This document shows, in pieces, positions 11,384 to 23,700 of a stretch of DNA of 64,000 nt. The stretch's first letter is position 1; every line of letters begins with the position of its first letter. Made by a program: the position numbers and the translations under genes. Source of the DNA: Amphiscolops sp. MND2022 (Eukaryota); contig OZ076409.1 of assembly GCA_964187785.1 (NCBI GenBank), forward strand, positions 59,768,001 through 59,832,000, given 5' to 3'. Below the pieces are notes generated by a model. That model saw nothing but the letters and a program-made list of their open reading frames with translations, was not told where the DNA came from and searched no databases.

Positions 11384-11574
11384 GGGACGAATTGACGCTT
11401 GGGACGAATTGTCGCCTTTTGGAATTTGGGACGAATTGTCGCTTGGGACGAATTGTCGCTTGGGACGAATTGTCGCCCAACCACTTTTCCAAAGCCACCG
11501 AATCAACACCAAGCCCGAAAATGAAGACGAAGAATTCGGAGATTACGAAAATGAATTGGAAAACCCAGTTTTGA
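10786..11574 (+). CDS. Gag N-terminal segment encoded in the 3' LTR (199 codons), reading out 63 codons into flanking DNA
   Basis: MPSTRKQ...MSDTENLDVMLG is homologous to the element 2 gag start MPTTRKQ...LSDIENLDIMLG. Homology stops at the LTR end (11383). Confidence 0.7.
   Translation: MPSTRKQRAKERRSRQLDIMSDTENLDVMLGSYPRNELGNDSDRNGEIDLGSDGTRGDPLQNSEDFRSLLNSNSNENSESTVETMRLVNSEITKKIDELRRELNSQLVDVINSAITEKVLPDIRNLVSNQNPVFREEVDQRSSGLNRTTEAKFVKNAWKGNSKLNMATSSRQDYFRRNSENSQSSDDGHEEDIMTNSHDRDELTLGTNCRLLEFGTNCRLGRIVAWDELSPNHFSKATESTPSPKMKTKNSEITKMNWKTQF
11384..11478. repeat. Tandem array of a 17-bp unit GGGACGAATTGTCGCTT (5 copies, one 11-bp interruption) flanking element 1
   Basis: Units at 11384, 11401, 11428, 11445 and 11462 read directly. 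Confidence 0.9.
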
Positions 11575-11805
11575 GAAAACGTTTGAAGACCCACATTCAG
11601 ACATACCCACAAAATGAGCTAACCACAAAGTGGACATTCACAAGGAAGAGAAATAATCTAACCGAAATGAAAAAGCTGATTTGACCGAAAACAAAACTTT
11701 TAAACTATATAGTAGAGAACCGGAATCAAGCAAATGACCGAATAGCAAAATGGTGTTAGAACACATGAACTATCTGGAAGTAACTAGGCACCAAAATGAT
11801 TGTTA

Positions 11806-14800
11806 TTTTCCGCCCAAATATCATATGGGAAAGGGAAATGTTTGAATCAAACGTTTTTTTTTTTACAAAATTTGCCAAGCACCAAATTTTAAATTAACTT
11901 TCAGGGTGTTACCCATAGAATTCAACTCAAATAAATTTAGCTTCGTGCGATTTGTATTTGTGAAAATTTTTTTAGTTGACCCCAAAGACCCCAGAATGAC
12001 CCAAAAAGGACCCAAAGAAGACCCCGAAAAGAGAATATTTGCAAAAATTTCAATTTGTTACGTTTCAATGCATTTTTGTCAATTTTTCGATAGATATCGT
12101 GAATCAGAATGTTGAAAAGTATCAACAAGACAAAAATTCGTTGTCCAGTAGTCCTTTATGAAGAGATAAATGCGCTTTTTGGGAAAGAAAAAGACCCAAA
12201 AATGACAAAAACCAAAAAGTCCCAATTTTTTAGGTTTTTTTTGCAATTTTTGTCAAATTTTTGCTGGACTTAGTGAATCAAACTGTTGAAAACGCTCCAT
12301 ATGGCACTAGTTCGTTGTCCAGTAGAATTTTTTTAGCAGATAATAGCTGTTTTTTATATGAAAAAACTTCAAATTGACACCGAAAATGACAAAAATCCCG
12401 AAAATGTCCAATTTTCAAAGGTTTTATGCGCTTTTCTTTCGTATTTTCGACGGATTCTGTGGATTGGACGTTGGAAAGGGCCATCAAGGAAAGAGTGTGT
12501 TGTCCAGTAGACCTTTCCGAAGAGATAATTGAGGTTTTTTAAGAGAAAATGTCTCAAATTCACACCGAAAATTACAAAAGACCCAAAAAATTCTGAATTT
12601 CAAAGTTTTTATGCATTTTTTGTTCACGTTTCGACAGACTTCGTGCTTTGAAATGTTTCAATGGGCCAACAAGCAAACGTTCGGTTGTACAGTAGTCTTT
12701 TATAATGCGATAATTGCAATGTTCTGATTGAAAATATAACGGCATGCGCTGAGCGATTGTATCGTGACATTGGAGTGGAGGAACTGGTACCATGGATAAG
12801 GTCCGGGACAAACCATCATGATATCAGCTCACTTTGTCCTCCTAAGAATAGCTGGTCCCGAGGAGGGGGAACCGTCTCTAGGGACGCTCTCTGTCCTGAT
12901 ACCAGTCTGTATCTGCTAAAACTCACGAAATTTCCGGAAGAGTTTATTGCATTTTCCTAATGAAAATGTCTCAAATTGACACCGAAAATGACAAAATTTC
13001 GGAAACTTCCAAGTTTCAACAATTTTATGCACTTTTTTCAATTTTTTGACAGACTTCGTCAATTGGAACACCGAAAAGGGCCAACAAAGAAAGAATGTGT
13101 TGCGCAGTATGCTTAGAAAAGAAATAAATGCAGTTTTTCAAACGAAAATTGTCCGGAATCGACATCGAAAAAGACAAAATTTCGAAAATTTTCCGATTTT
13201 CACTATTTTTGTTCAAATTTTGTAAAACTATCGATAGACTTCATAGACTAGAATGTTAAAACGTTAAAACGAGATAAGTCCCATTTGTAAAAGAAAATTG
13301 CCTCAAGTTGACCTGAATTGTCGAACAATTTGAAGTTCTGAGTTCTAAGTTCCAACACAATCAACTCAACAATGAACAAACGAGCTATGCAGTACATTTT
13401 TGAAGAGAACATTGCAGTGCCTTGCATCAAAATTACTTCAAAATGACTCCAAAGGCGTCGAAAAATTTCAGTATTTTCGTTTTTGTGCAACTTCTGTAAT
13501 TTTCGAATCGTTCTGGAGTCAGAATGTTGGCCAGCGTTCAACAATGACTGAACTCATAATCCATTAAGTTTGTAAAGGAATATTTGCAAACTTCAGTTGG
13601 AAAATGACTCGAAATTGACCGCAAAATGTTGAAAGTTTTGACAATTTCCGACATTTTCAGTGAATTTTTATTCGAGATTGAAAAATTTCGGTAAAAAAAG
13701 GTTCGAAAAGCTCAAGATGACAAAATTAGGTCCGAAAGCACGTTTTTTCAAAAAAAATGTTGCCTAATTTATGATCAAAAAGGTCCTCAGAATGATTCAA
13801 AAGTTGGGAAAACTGAGACTTTTCAAGTTATTTTTTTACATTTTTTGGCCGTTTTTTGGATAATTTTTCAGCTACTTCCTTGCAACAGATGGTTTGAAAA
13901 ACTCCACAATGACTAATACGGGTATCTCCAGTAAGCAAAATTGAAGAGATTACTGCAATTTTGTTGGCCTCAAAAACACCCACAAATCAATGAAACTAAA
14001 AAAAAAAACAAGTTGTTTGACAATTTAACCCCAATTTTTGTTCAAACTACGAAAGTTTTTGAAGAAGAAACTTTCAATGACCTGAGCGTTTAAACAACAA
14101 TGCATTCAAAACGCAATTGGGGGAAAAGTAGGATGGAATTCATCGCGTTCACAAGAAAAGTGTCAAAGTTTCCGAATTTTCTTCAACAATTTTCGACAAC
14201 AAAGTCCCAATTTTAGATTCTTTCCGAAAATTTACCTCAATTAGAACTATTATAGGCTCAGGATTGAAACGTGTAGCTACCGGTAGTGTTTCGAAAAGAT
14301 ATTAGACAAGTTCATTCACACAACTTTACTTAGAAACGTAAATTTCGACCTGATTTGTCCAACATGTAATATTCAAAAACCTCCTTGTAAAATCAATAGA
14401 TATGGAGTAAACCTTACAAACGAAACTGTTTCGAGCTATTTCGTGGGTTGAATGGTGTAAACATTCAAAAACAGCTAAACTCTGTGTCCAGTTGGCCTAA
14501 TTTTGACGACGCATCTATAGTTTCATGTTAAAAAATTTCCTCAAATTAACCTTAAGGTTGTCTAAACTATTTCCAATTTTTGACACTTCGGATGAAACTT
14601 TGTGCAGTATTATGTTGAACCGGTATCGCTCAATTTTTTTTTGCAAAGGAACAAGTTTCAAGCTTTTACCGTTTTCTCAGTGCCAAAAATTACATCAAGA
14701 CGTACGCCTGAGACTAGGAAACCACTTTTTGCCCAACAGGAATCACAAAAACTCCATTGTTTTTTGATTTTTTTCCAGTTAAGTTTCATGATGGCGAAAC

Positions 14801-15287
14801 GAGTTTCAGCTCTTAAAACTCTTTTCCCAAGTCGAAGACTTCCATGAAAGCAAGCGGTACTCTTCGACCAAATGAAAATTTCGGAAAGACCTAACAGAGT
14901 CGAAAAAACTGAAAAGGGTATTTTCTACAATCGATGAGAAACCTCGTCAGTTCCATATGATCAAAAGTAACAAAGAAGTCACCCTCAAGACTCGGGAAAC
15001 GTATTTCCTTTACAGAAAACCTCAAAAACTAAAAATTGCGAAAAATGTTCCTTTTTTTTCTCGAATGTTTTTTATTTTCTCGGTAAGTCACATAGTGCCG
15101 AAAAAATGAAAAGTGGCCAGCTATCGCAGAAACAATAAATTAGGGGTTTCCTTTAAAATGGGCTACGATGAATCAAAGCTTTCTTTTCTTCGAACTTCTT
15201 TACGTTTTTATAGTGAATTGGCTATTCTTGAGCCTCAAAATTATGTAGTTGTAGAACAGTTTGGGTCGGAAAATATCTCGCTGCTCA
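11806..15287 (+). mobile_element. DINE-1/Helentron-like non-autonomous element, copy A (3' tip truncated)
   Basis: 5' subterminal TTTTCCGCCC, 3' inverted TTTGGGTCGGAAAA, start of the stem-loop, and ~180-bp degenerate tandem subunits (GTTGTCCAGTAG core). Homologous to copies B and C. Confidence 0.6.
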
Positions 15288-15436
15288 TGGAATCGCAGCA
15301 AGGAAAATGGAATCGCAGCAAGGAAGCTCAGCAATACGTCGATGAAATTCAATCTCTGACCAGGGACTGACTCCTTTTAACCGGGAACATCCCAAGTGTA
15401 ATGAGCAACCAAAGAAACAACTTAATCTCTAGGAAT

Positions 15437-15535
15437 CTAAGTTCCTTTTCTCCAAAGAAGGCAACAGGAGTCATATGGTTCGTTGCATGGAATGGAATTC
15501 CCTTTTGCTTCAGTTTCGGAATCCTTTCGGAGGAT
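15437..15535 (-). CDS. Candidate terminal coding exon of the Ig-repeat host gene (ILRKDSE...WRKGT*)
   Basis: TTTAG acceptor in phase 0, compatible with the preceding exon. No homology support. Confidence 0.3.
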   Translation of the reverse strand: MLRKDSETEAKGNSIPCNEPYDSCCLLWRKGT

Positions 15536-15707
15536 CTAAACACTGATGTAAGAATAAGTTGATGTTTTTGAAATCGAAGTTCATAATCAATTTCAATCAT
15601 TTTTATTTTGCTCATTCGTTTTTTGGGTGTATTCTGCAACTCTTTTCACACTTTTAAAAAAGTCTTTTTTTTTCGGAAAATATTCAGTCACGCTGTAATT
15701 TTAATAC

Positions 15708-15922
15708 CTTTGCAGAGAAGTTATTGTCCGTGTCGTGGTGGTGCATCGTGGCCGTAGCCGAAGATGACTCGTCAACTGATGTCAGATGACTGTTCAACGA
15801 GACTCTACGACTAGCCGAACAAGAAGAGTTCAACACGGTGTTCGACGAGTTTCCATCGTCTGTTTTCACACTCTCACACATTGTGTCTTCGTCACTCTCC
15901 GAAATTCTTCTCAGTTGGGCTG
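15708..15922 (-). CDS. Host gene exon (Ser-rich, AQLRRISES...NFSAK)
   Basis: Poly-T GCAG acceptor and GTATT donor; phase 1 start matches the upstream exon. Confidence 0.6.
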
Positions 15923-16292
15923 CTGCAAAAAAACAAAAACGATTTCTCAAAAAAAAACGACAGAATTTCAAAGAAAAACTGACTAAAAGTGCTGGGAAAG
16001 AGCGGACACATGACTGTTGATATTTCATCATTTTTGCCGCTGAGTTTTAAAAAATTCTATTGAGCTCTTTCTGACGCATCGATGTGAGAGGTGCGAAAGA
16101 AAAAAGGAACGATAACATTTAGTCTTTATAATCGTATCGTTTCGTTAAAAACACAATTCCACCAATTTTTAGGTTTCGTAGCCAAATTTTTGAGATTTCG
16201 AACCGTTCCACAAAACGCATCTCAGGTGAAAACTTCAAACAAAAAGCAAATATGACAAAAATTGTCGTTGAAAAAAATGAAAGTGTCACTAC

Positions 16293-16455
16293 CTTCAACT
16301 TTGAGTACAGCCGACGACTGGATTTCGCCCAATATGTTTTTGCCCAACACCTCGTATATTCCTTCATCCAGTGGCAATGCAGAATTGATAGACAAAGTCG
16401 CCTTTCCAGTCTCACTATCCAGGGTAGCAGTGATCGAGTGACTCATCTGGATGAT
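16293..16455 (-). CDS. Host gene exon: second half of an I-set Ig domain
   Basis: ATLSI...DEGIYEV...N..G...SSA.LKV Ig pattern; AG/GT boundaries; joins exon 34836-34959 in frame. Confidence 0.85.
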
Positions 16456-17095
16456 CTTGGAAATGAGAACAACAGAAATGGTAGTTAGTACTCAAAATTT
16501 TTCGAGTAAAATCTCCTAAAAGAGACGAACGCAAAACATTGATTCTATGGGTCAGCCTTCGTCAAAACCAGTCACTGGACTCGTAATGCAATGTCACTGC
16601 ACTTTGCTTTGCGTCTATAGTTGAGTTGGTAAGCGAGGCATTGTTTTGCTCAAAACGATTTTAAAATAGTGTAAGAAAAGAACTGTACATGTGAGAAATA
16701 GCTTGGACTGCATGTTGAAAAAAATCTAGCATTTTACATTGTATTTTCTTTCAATCTCCATTTTATACTCATAGAATTGATGAACTGGAATAACAAATTG
16801 AAAGTTTGGGACAATGAATAAAACAGCCCTAATTAACAGATTCACTTGATGTCAAGTTCCTCGAACAATTTTTAAACTCAAAAAAGTTCGAACTCTTTGC
16901 GAAGAAAAAGCTGAGTCCCATGTACCCACATGGCCCAGGAAAATTGAAAAACGTTTGTTCATTTGAATTTCGATTACCATGAATGATAGCAGAATTTAGA
17001 GCAATTTTGGCTTTGGTGTAATGTTTTACAGATTGAAGTTCAGTTCGTGTTTTATACTATTGTAGAACTCTGGCAAGACTAACTTAAAGAGTTTT

Positions 17096-18975
17096 TGTCA
17101 TGAACATTTAGGTCAGGAAAATCATTGTTTAACTGATTATCATTTTGTTCATTTCTCAAGTTGTTCTTTGCGTTTAGGTTTCGTTGAACTTCGGAATTTA
17201 GTTCCGGTCTCTCGGACAGAACGTCCCATCCCTTTCTGGTCCCGTGTCCCGATCCGGCCATAATAACATTTTGGATCTGAGGAAGCACCTGAGTGCTTAA
17301 TGCATCGCTTATGGCCCTTTGTATCTGGTCACTCACAGAATTCATCATCTCATCCATTTCTCGTGAAATGCGTGAATTTAATTCGCTTGACAACCTGTTT
17401 ATTTCAGCGCTAGAGTTGCCAGTAACTGAATTGCAATCACACTCGGTATTTGTCCTAGAGTTAATATTTCTCTGGGTTTCACCCATGTTCCCATCCTCAT
17501 TTTCGGACTCGTTGCTTGCAAAGCTCCTAGGTCTCCTGGGCAAATTACTATCAAACTGCCTTCCCTTTCTCTACTGTTAAAATGGTTTTCACCTAACATG
17601 ATATCTAAATTCTCGATATCAGATAACATTTCAAGTCCTCTTGACTTCCTTGCCTTTTTCTGTTTTCTAGTGGTTGGCATTGAAACAGTTCCGAATTAAA
17701 TAAAAAATTAAACAACTCGGAAAAACAACAGCGGAGCCGTTTGTAATTCAATCTTTACTAGTAGCGTCTCAAATGAATTGTGTCCCACTCAAGCCAAGTA
17801 TCAGTATATATACTCATGAGGGGATGACATTCACATACTTTACATACTTCTAGTTAAGATTAGTTTTTTGAGGAATGTAAGGTACAACGTTTCGAAAGAT
17901 ATTTAAGTTATCAAATACCTCCAGTTACATATTTTACATATCATTGAATAGCATCAGAGCGCATATTCCAACAAAATCCCAATTGGGTGAATTCCTAACA
18001 TAGACATGTATGTCATAACTGTAACATCAAACACTCAACATTTTGGTCGGCAAACATACCGGTACTTCAAACAACATACTCATGGAATTATTATTATTTC
18101 ATTGTCAACAAATATCATCACGTGTTGATGGAATGCGAAACACGCACCATTGGTCTGTCATACTGTCACGTGCCGCCATGCGGCTGTTAATCCGCACAGG
18201 GGGAGGCAAGATCGAATATTGCATGTTCAGTTATCACGCTATTGAAACAAAGTGTATTCTAGTAAGGCCGAAATTGGCCAAATCCAAGTTAATAGTATAG
18301 CATCAAAGGAAGAGGGGTAAAAGGCCTTATTCGGCTTTTGATTAATACTTGGTTTATTAAACCCACAAAGATTAACACTAGTGTTTTTTAGCACTGAGTA
18401 CACGTCCAGAGAGATTCCTGATTAACCTAATTAGCCATAAGTACAAATAATTCAGCGTTGATGTATTTCACCAAGACGGCCGGAACCGGCCGTTTGACCA
18501 AGGCATAGAATGAAGTGCATTTATTCAGTCAATTGGCCTTACTCGGCCATTAACAATTCAGAGTTGCATTGAATTTGTAAATTGGAGCGTTTTGATTGGC
18601 CAGGACAGCGAGCTCAAGTGACGCTTTTGGATTAGCACTGTGAATCACTTGAACTCGTTTCCTATACCACTTTACAGTTGCTTGTATTTACGTATCTTTC
18701 GATCTGATAATTCACATTCTAACTGCACTTCAATACATAGTAACCCGATCTGGATATTTCCAAATCGCATAATTTTAACAGACTATTATGTATACGTGTA
18801 TAAATGAGAAAACTTAACAACGTCAATAAATGCAACATATCCAAAACAACAAAGCAGTGTAAAAGTTTGTTTAGTTGTTCTTTTGACTAATAAATCGAAA
18901 GCGTGCCGGAAGCTGTCTCCTGTCCTTGCGTAGTCGTCGTGATCCTAGTGCCGTCACAGGCGGCAGCCTGCGACA
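17096..18975 (-). repeat. 3' LTR of element 2 (1,880 bp), containing a frameshifted copy of the gag 5' segment
   Basis: About 98% identical to 31371-33235 by eye (roughly 40 substitutions, one 17-bp and two 1-bp indels). Confidence 0.96.
17805..17812 (-). promoter_or_regulatory. TATA-like element in element 2 LTR (5' LTR copy at 32081-32088)
   Basis: TATATATA ~125 nt upstream of the gag ATG. Confidence 0.4.
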
Positions 18976-19653
18976 CTGCGGGTGCTAGGAAAAGTAAGCT
19001 GCCGGCGTTAAGACCATTTGAATAGGCTTCTCTTCGTAGCGCGGTGATATAAGCGGGCTCACTCTTGGGCGTAGATCTTGTCATATACCAGTTGATCTTC
19101 TCTTGTTTTATCTGATCAGTTGACTTACCGCAAACCATGCAACTGTGACATCTTTGTCGGCTTAGGTTCGCGTACGGTAACACATTTTGTAGATGGTAAG
19201 AGGCGTGGAAATTGTCACTTACTGTTTGCGGTATTAGAGTGTCCAGTGATGGTCCCTTTTCATGTTCTGGGGGAGACATAGGTGATTCTAGGACCGGTAG
19301 CACGGTACTACACAGTTCGATTCTTGTCTTCTGCTTCTTGGAGGGTCAAAGTATTTGAAGCCCAGTTTGGGGGTCAAGGGTGGAACCATTTGTGCGTTGC
19401 TAGGTCCCGCTTCCATCTCTTCATCTACTCCTTCAGTTGTCATTACTCGTCCCGCGATGAGTATCGGACTTGATTTAACTTCCCGTTCGATCCTATTGAT
19501 CAGTGCCTCCGTGTCCGTTGACCAGTCTGAATCCCAATCACTAGATACTTCGTCCTCGCTGTCACTGGAAATGTAAATAACTGAATCCGCTGATTCTTCA
19601 GAGCTTTGCTCTTCAAAATCAAAGAGCTTCTTCGACAGGTTAAATCTCTGCAT
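18887..19653 (-). pseudogene. Accessory ORF3 of element 2, one frameshift near 19305; last 89 nt lie in the 3' LTR
   Basis: ORFs 19288-19653 and 18887-19303 together are colinear with 8910-9728. Confidence 0.8.
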
Positions 19654-20715
19654 TATTAGTTTTTTCGCAATCTTGATAAGTGCAAGAGGTAGGTAACTGG
19701 TTTAGTCAAAACTTCGAAGTGGAATGAAACCCCTAATTTCTAGAACTCAGCCGAGTCAGGCTTTTTCCCGGCATCTCATTTTGGCGGTTGAAACTTCGGT
19801 AAAACATCCTAATCCGACATAAACATTCCTGAATGGAATTTCATAATTGGTCGGCAGTCTTTGATAGTTTGATGTTTACCCCCCATCAATATCATCACTA
19901 GAAGGGGTGTGAGTGACGCTCGAATTATTAATATCAACTACACCAGTCTCAAGTGGGTAATTAACGGGTCGCTTGAAGACAATTAACGGCACGCGTCACT
20001 GATACTTCTCAAAATGGCCTCAGCCAATCAGGGCCCAACTTCGATAAATTGATAAATGAATAACTAAAATGGCGAAAATAATAAACTTGAATAATCCAAA
20101 ATGGCGGAAATTCTAATTAAGGGTAACTAAGGCAACGGAACGAAATGGCAAATCAAGGTAGGGCAAACGGCCATAACCGTCCACTAACTAAGTAACCTGT
20201 AAAGAACGAAGATCTTCTGTACATTTCGCTGGAAGGCTCCATGTACAATTTTAAATATGTAAGTAATCATATAATATTAGTCTGATAATCTCTTCAGCCA
20301 CGAACTCCAACCTTCCAATTCCTTTATTCGCTTTTAATTCCAATTCAATTTTGGTTATTTTCCATTTGTCTCTCCATCCATATCATTTCAATTGACATCA
20401 GTCTATTTACGTCACCGTCTCTCTTGTCCCTAACAACTCTTCGTTTCGGAGAATCTGTGTCCTCCCTTCTACTTTCAGGATTGGCACAACTCCACGATTC
20501 CAACCAGCTAGTTCAAGACTCTTTACGTTGGGTTAACAGTACTGGAGAAACATGTCTTCAAATACAGGTTGGTCTGGTTTTCACATATTGAACTAGTTTA
20601 GCTTGATGAAGGCTAGATTTCGTTCAAACTGCGCTTCCTTTTTCCACTAATAGATTCGTGATAACACGTTTTGTTCAAATCTGAAACACTTCCGGAAGAT
20701 TTCTAACGCGGTAAT

Positions 20716-23700
20716 ATGGATTCTTTTCGAGGAAGCATACCGCCAAACTTTATCTCTTTTCGTTTAGAGAATCAAACAACCGAAGTTGTCAGCTCACCAG
20801 CCGACCTTCCTAACAATGTTCCAACAGTCAATCCCCCAACTGAGCAGGGTAGGCAAGTCCAAAACCCGGTCTCATCTCAAGAAACGCTTCGCAGTCGAGC
20901 AGATGACGTCACCTCCACACACAGTGCTGATAGTGACCCAGATGTTACTGCATACGCGGAAAACATGGTGCGCCAGCTAGAAGGAGCACAAGTGCTCGAC
21001 CGACCACAGGGAGGAGCAGGGCAAATACAGTCAACTCAGGATATTGTTCCTGGTACTCAAGTAGATCCTCCTGCCTCGCCTACTACAGGGACCAGGAGAG
21101 CAAGCACGCCGCTCTCAGCCAATGAGGGGGAAACCACAAATGCTGATCTGTCTGCTCTAGAGTCTGCTCGGTAGAGACGTCGGATTCGCAATTGGCTGAA
21201 CTAGTAGATGTTGACCTCCCAGGCAACAACACGAGTGGCAATTCACCTGTACAACAGGACACTGAAGTAGCATCCTCCGTTGGCGATGCCCCCCCTCTCC
21301 CTGGTGGAGTATTCAAGGTCCGATACCTGACTGACCCCAGTGGAGACGAAGGTGCAACAGATCAGTCCAGCGTGTTTGTTCCAGTAGCCCTATACGGTCG
21401 TCATCCCTTCTCTCACACCTCTGAAACTGAAGGGGGAGACGATACCGGATCTGAGCTTCTTGTTCCCGGCACCAGTGGGCAGACGCCCGGGCAAGGCACA
21501 ACCCAGAAAGAGCCTCCACACCTTTCCGGAAGAAGTCGAGCGATCCTCAAAGAGTATTTCGACGAATCACCCTCCACTCGATTTCCAGTAGGACAAACCA
21601 CCGTCACCTTCACTGAGCCGCAGGTGTACCACCTTCTTAGAGTCCTCGCTGATGAGACCCTCGGAAGGTCCTTTTCGACTATGGAACGCATGGTCATTGA
21701 TGCAGTCCGAGGTAAGCCAACCGTTGCTCCATCCAGAACTGCGCACGACTACTCAGGCAGGCGCGCTAAAACTCCAGGGCTCGGTGATGCAGGAGATTCT
21801 AGTGGAAGTGACACTGAAGGAGATGCTACGCTAAGGGGCAAAAACTCGGAGCCATCCAGTTCTGGAGAGACCGGCGATTCCTCGTGTTATGGGGAGACTG
21901 ACAGTGCTACCGAAATGGATTTAATAACCAAATCCTTCAAGAAGACTATTAGTGCCCAAGATGCTCCGGAGCCTCAGTCGTCGAGCCAGGACGTCCAAGG
22001 AGACATTGATACTGTCACGCCAGAGTACAGTAGCCAAGATGCTACACTGCTTGAGGTCAGAGATCAAGCCCTGGGTGCAACCACTGCCAGCTCGTCTAAG
22101 TCCAGGAACAAGAAAGGCGACAAAAACCTTTCTAAACGAGGCGTCCCCATGCGAGAGGAATTCTTTTCCAAATTCGGATGGACGAGATCCTTCATAACTG
22201 GCCCTGCTGACCCACTCCATAACCCTCATATGGTTTGGTGTCATATCTGCAAGAAAAATTTTTCAATCAAGTCTAAAGGTCCCTATGAGATACTCAGACA
22301 CCACCGGACGGAGCGCCATTTGCGGCGAAACCAGCGCTGGCGGTATGAACACTTGCGAAGTACTGACCCAATTACCGAGAAGACGCAGCACCGGGTCCGG
22401 GGCGGCAATGGGATTGCCCCAATTCAAGAACGTTGAGCTTGTGGACATAGGAGAACGATTCCCCTTTTACGAAGATTTTGTCAAGGGATCCACAACGGCC
22501 TTAGTCACTCCATTTTCCCGCATCAAGACCCAACTTTGCCTGGTCGGAGACTTCATCAAGACTCAAGGTGATATGATGGTCATACGCAATCTGTGGTCCC
22601 GGATGGGGTCATTCACCAATCACCAAGCCACCTTCAATGACTTTGATTGGGGGGAAGAGAGATATTCGGTTAGTACCATTTATTTTAGTTGTTTATGCCC
22701 GGATCTAGCTAAGGGTTTAAAGAGGGTTTTGTCTCTAGACAATCTTCCAGCACTTCTTCATCTGCTGCCTTGACGACATAGCAGAACAAGTCAACTCCCA
22801 ACAGTGCTTTGTCCTTGAGTTTGAAACAATTGGAGTCTACAAGCACATGTCTGTCAAGTTCTAGAAAGGCTCCTAGCTTTGTAGGGTGTTTATTTGCCGC
22901 AGCTCTCGAACCACTACTGTCGTGACCGGGGAGCTGGGGTCCCTTTCCCGGTTCCTTTCCGCCGTGTCCACCAAACCCGGAATAGTTGCCTGTTCCGGAT
23001 GCCACTCGGACCTACCCAGAGCCATCGACGAATCAGAGTATTACAACCAGGGAGTTCAAAGTTGCCTGCGTTTCGAGCACTTCTCGCTACCACGACTCAT
23101 GCACAAAACCAGCTACAGCGTCTTCGGGAAGATTGCTTTCTTCTCCGTCCTACAATCCCTGATGGTCTCCTTGGGCGAATCTCTTATGGAAGACTGGGTA
23201 ACTCGTAGCCCTGAACTCACTGAAGTAAGTAGTTTCATGGAATTTCCACTGGGGGAATAAGGTCTAGGTAGGGTCGTTTCATATGTCCAACGTGTTTATT
23301 TGGATCCGTTTGCTATTTCCAGGCTATAACCAGTTGTAAGCTCGATGTGACAACTCTACCCGTCCTCTGTCGAGAACGTATCGCTGAATGGAAGTCCGTG
23401 GTTCGGTACCTCACTACCCATGCACCTCTGCAAGAAGGATCAGGATCTAGAGGAAGGGTTAGATTTTCCCCATTTTCCACTTGAACCCATAGGAATTCAA
23501 GTCGGCCTTCTTCACTTGGCTGATCTAAGGTCCACTTTCAATTGCTGTATTGATGTTGGTCTGTTCCAGATGCAAAGCTTTGAATGGTCACTGATATGTG
23601 ACGAGTTCTTCACCGTCAAGCTGGAGTTCTTCAGTAAGATTGTCAGTGATTGTTAGGGTAGTTTGTTATAAAACCGGTGATGGTAAGTTGTCCTGAACTG

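Noticed and set aside
11384-11478. CRISPR-like array
   Set aside because: Units are directly tandem with no unique spacers, no cas genes are present, and the context is eukaryotic.
15286-15325. 20-bp tandem duplication ATGGAATCGCAGCAAGGAA
   Set aside because: A simple local duplication at the truncated end of repeat copy A, with no evidence of function.
11900-15370. Numerous 60-100 aa ORFs in AT-rich repeats (also 41-44, 48-50 and 56-60 kb)
   Set aside because: They are K/F/N-rich chance ORFs inside degenerate tandem repeats, with no motifs and frequent non-ATG starts.
17079-17680. Separate small genes (154-aa and 93-aa ORFs)
   Set aside because: They are the 3' LTR copy of the gag 5' segment split by a 1-bp deletion.
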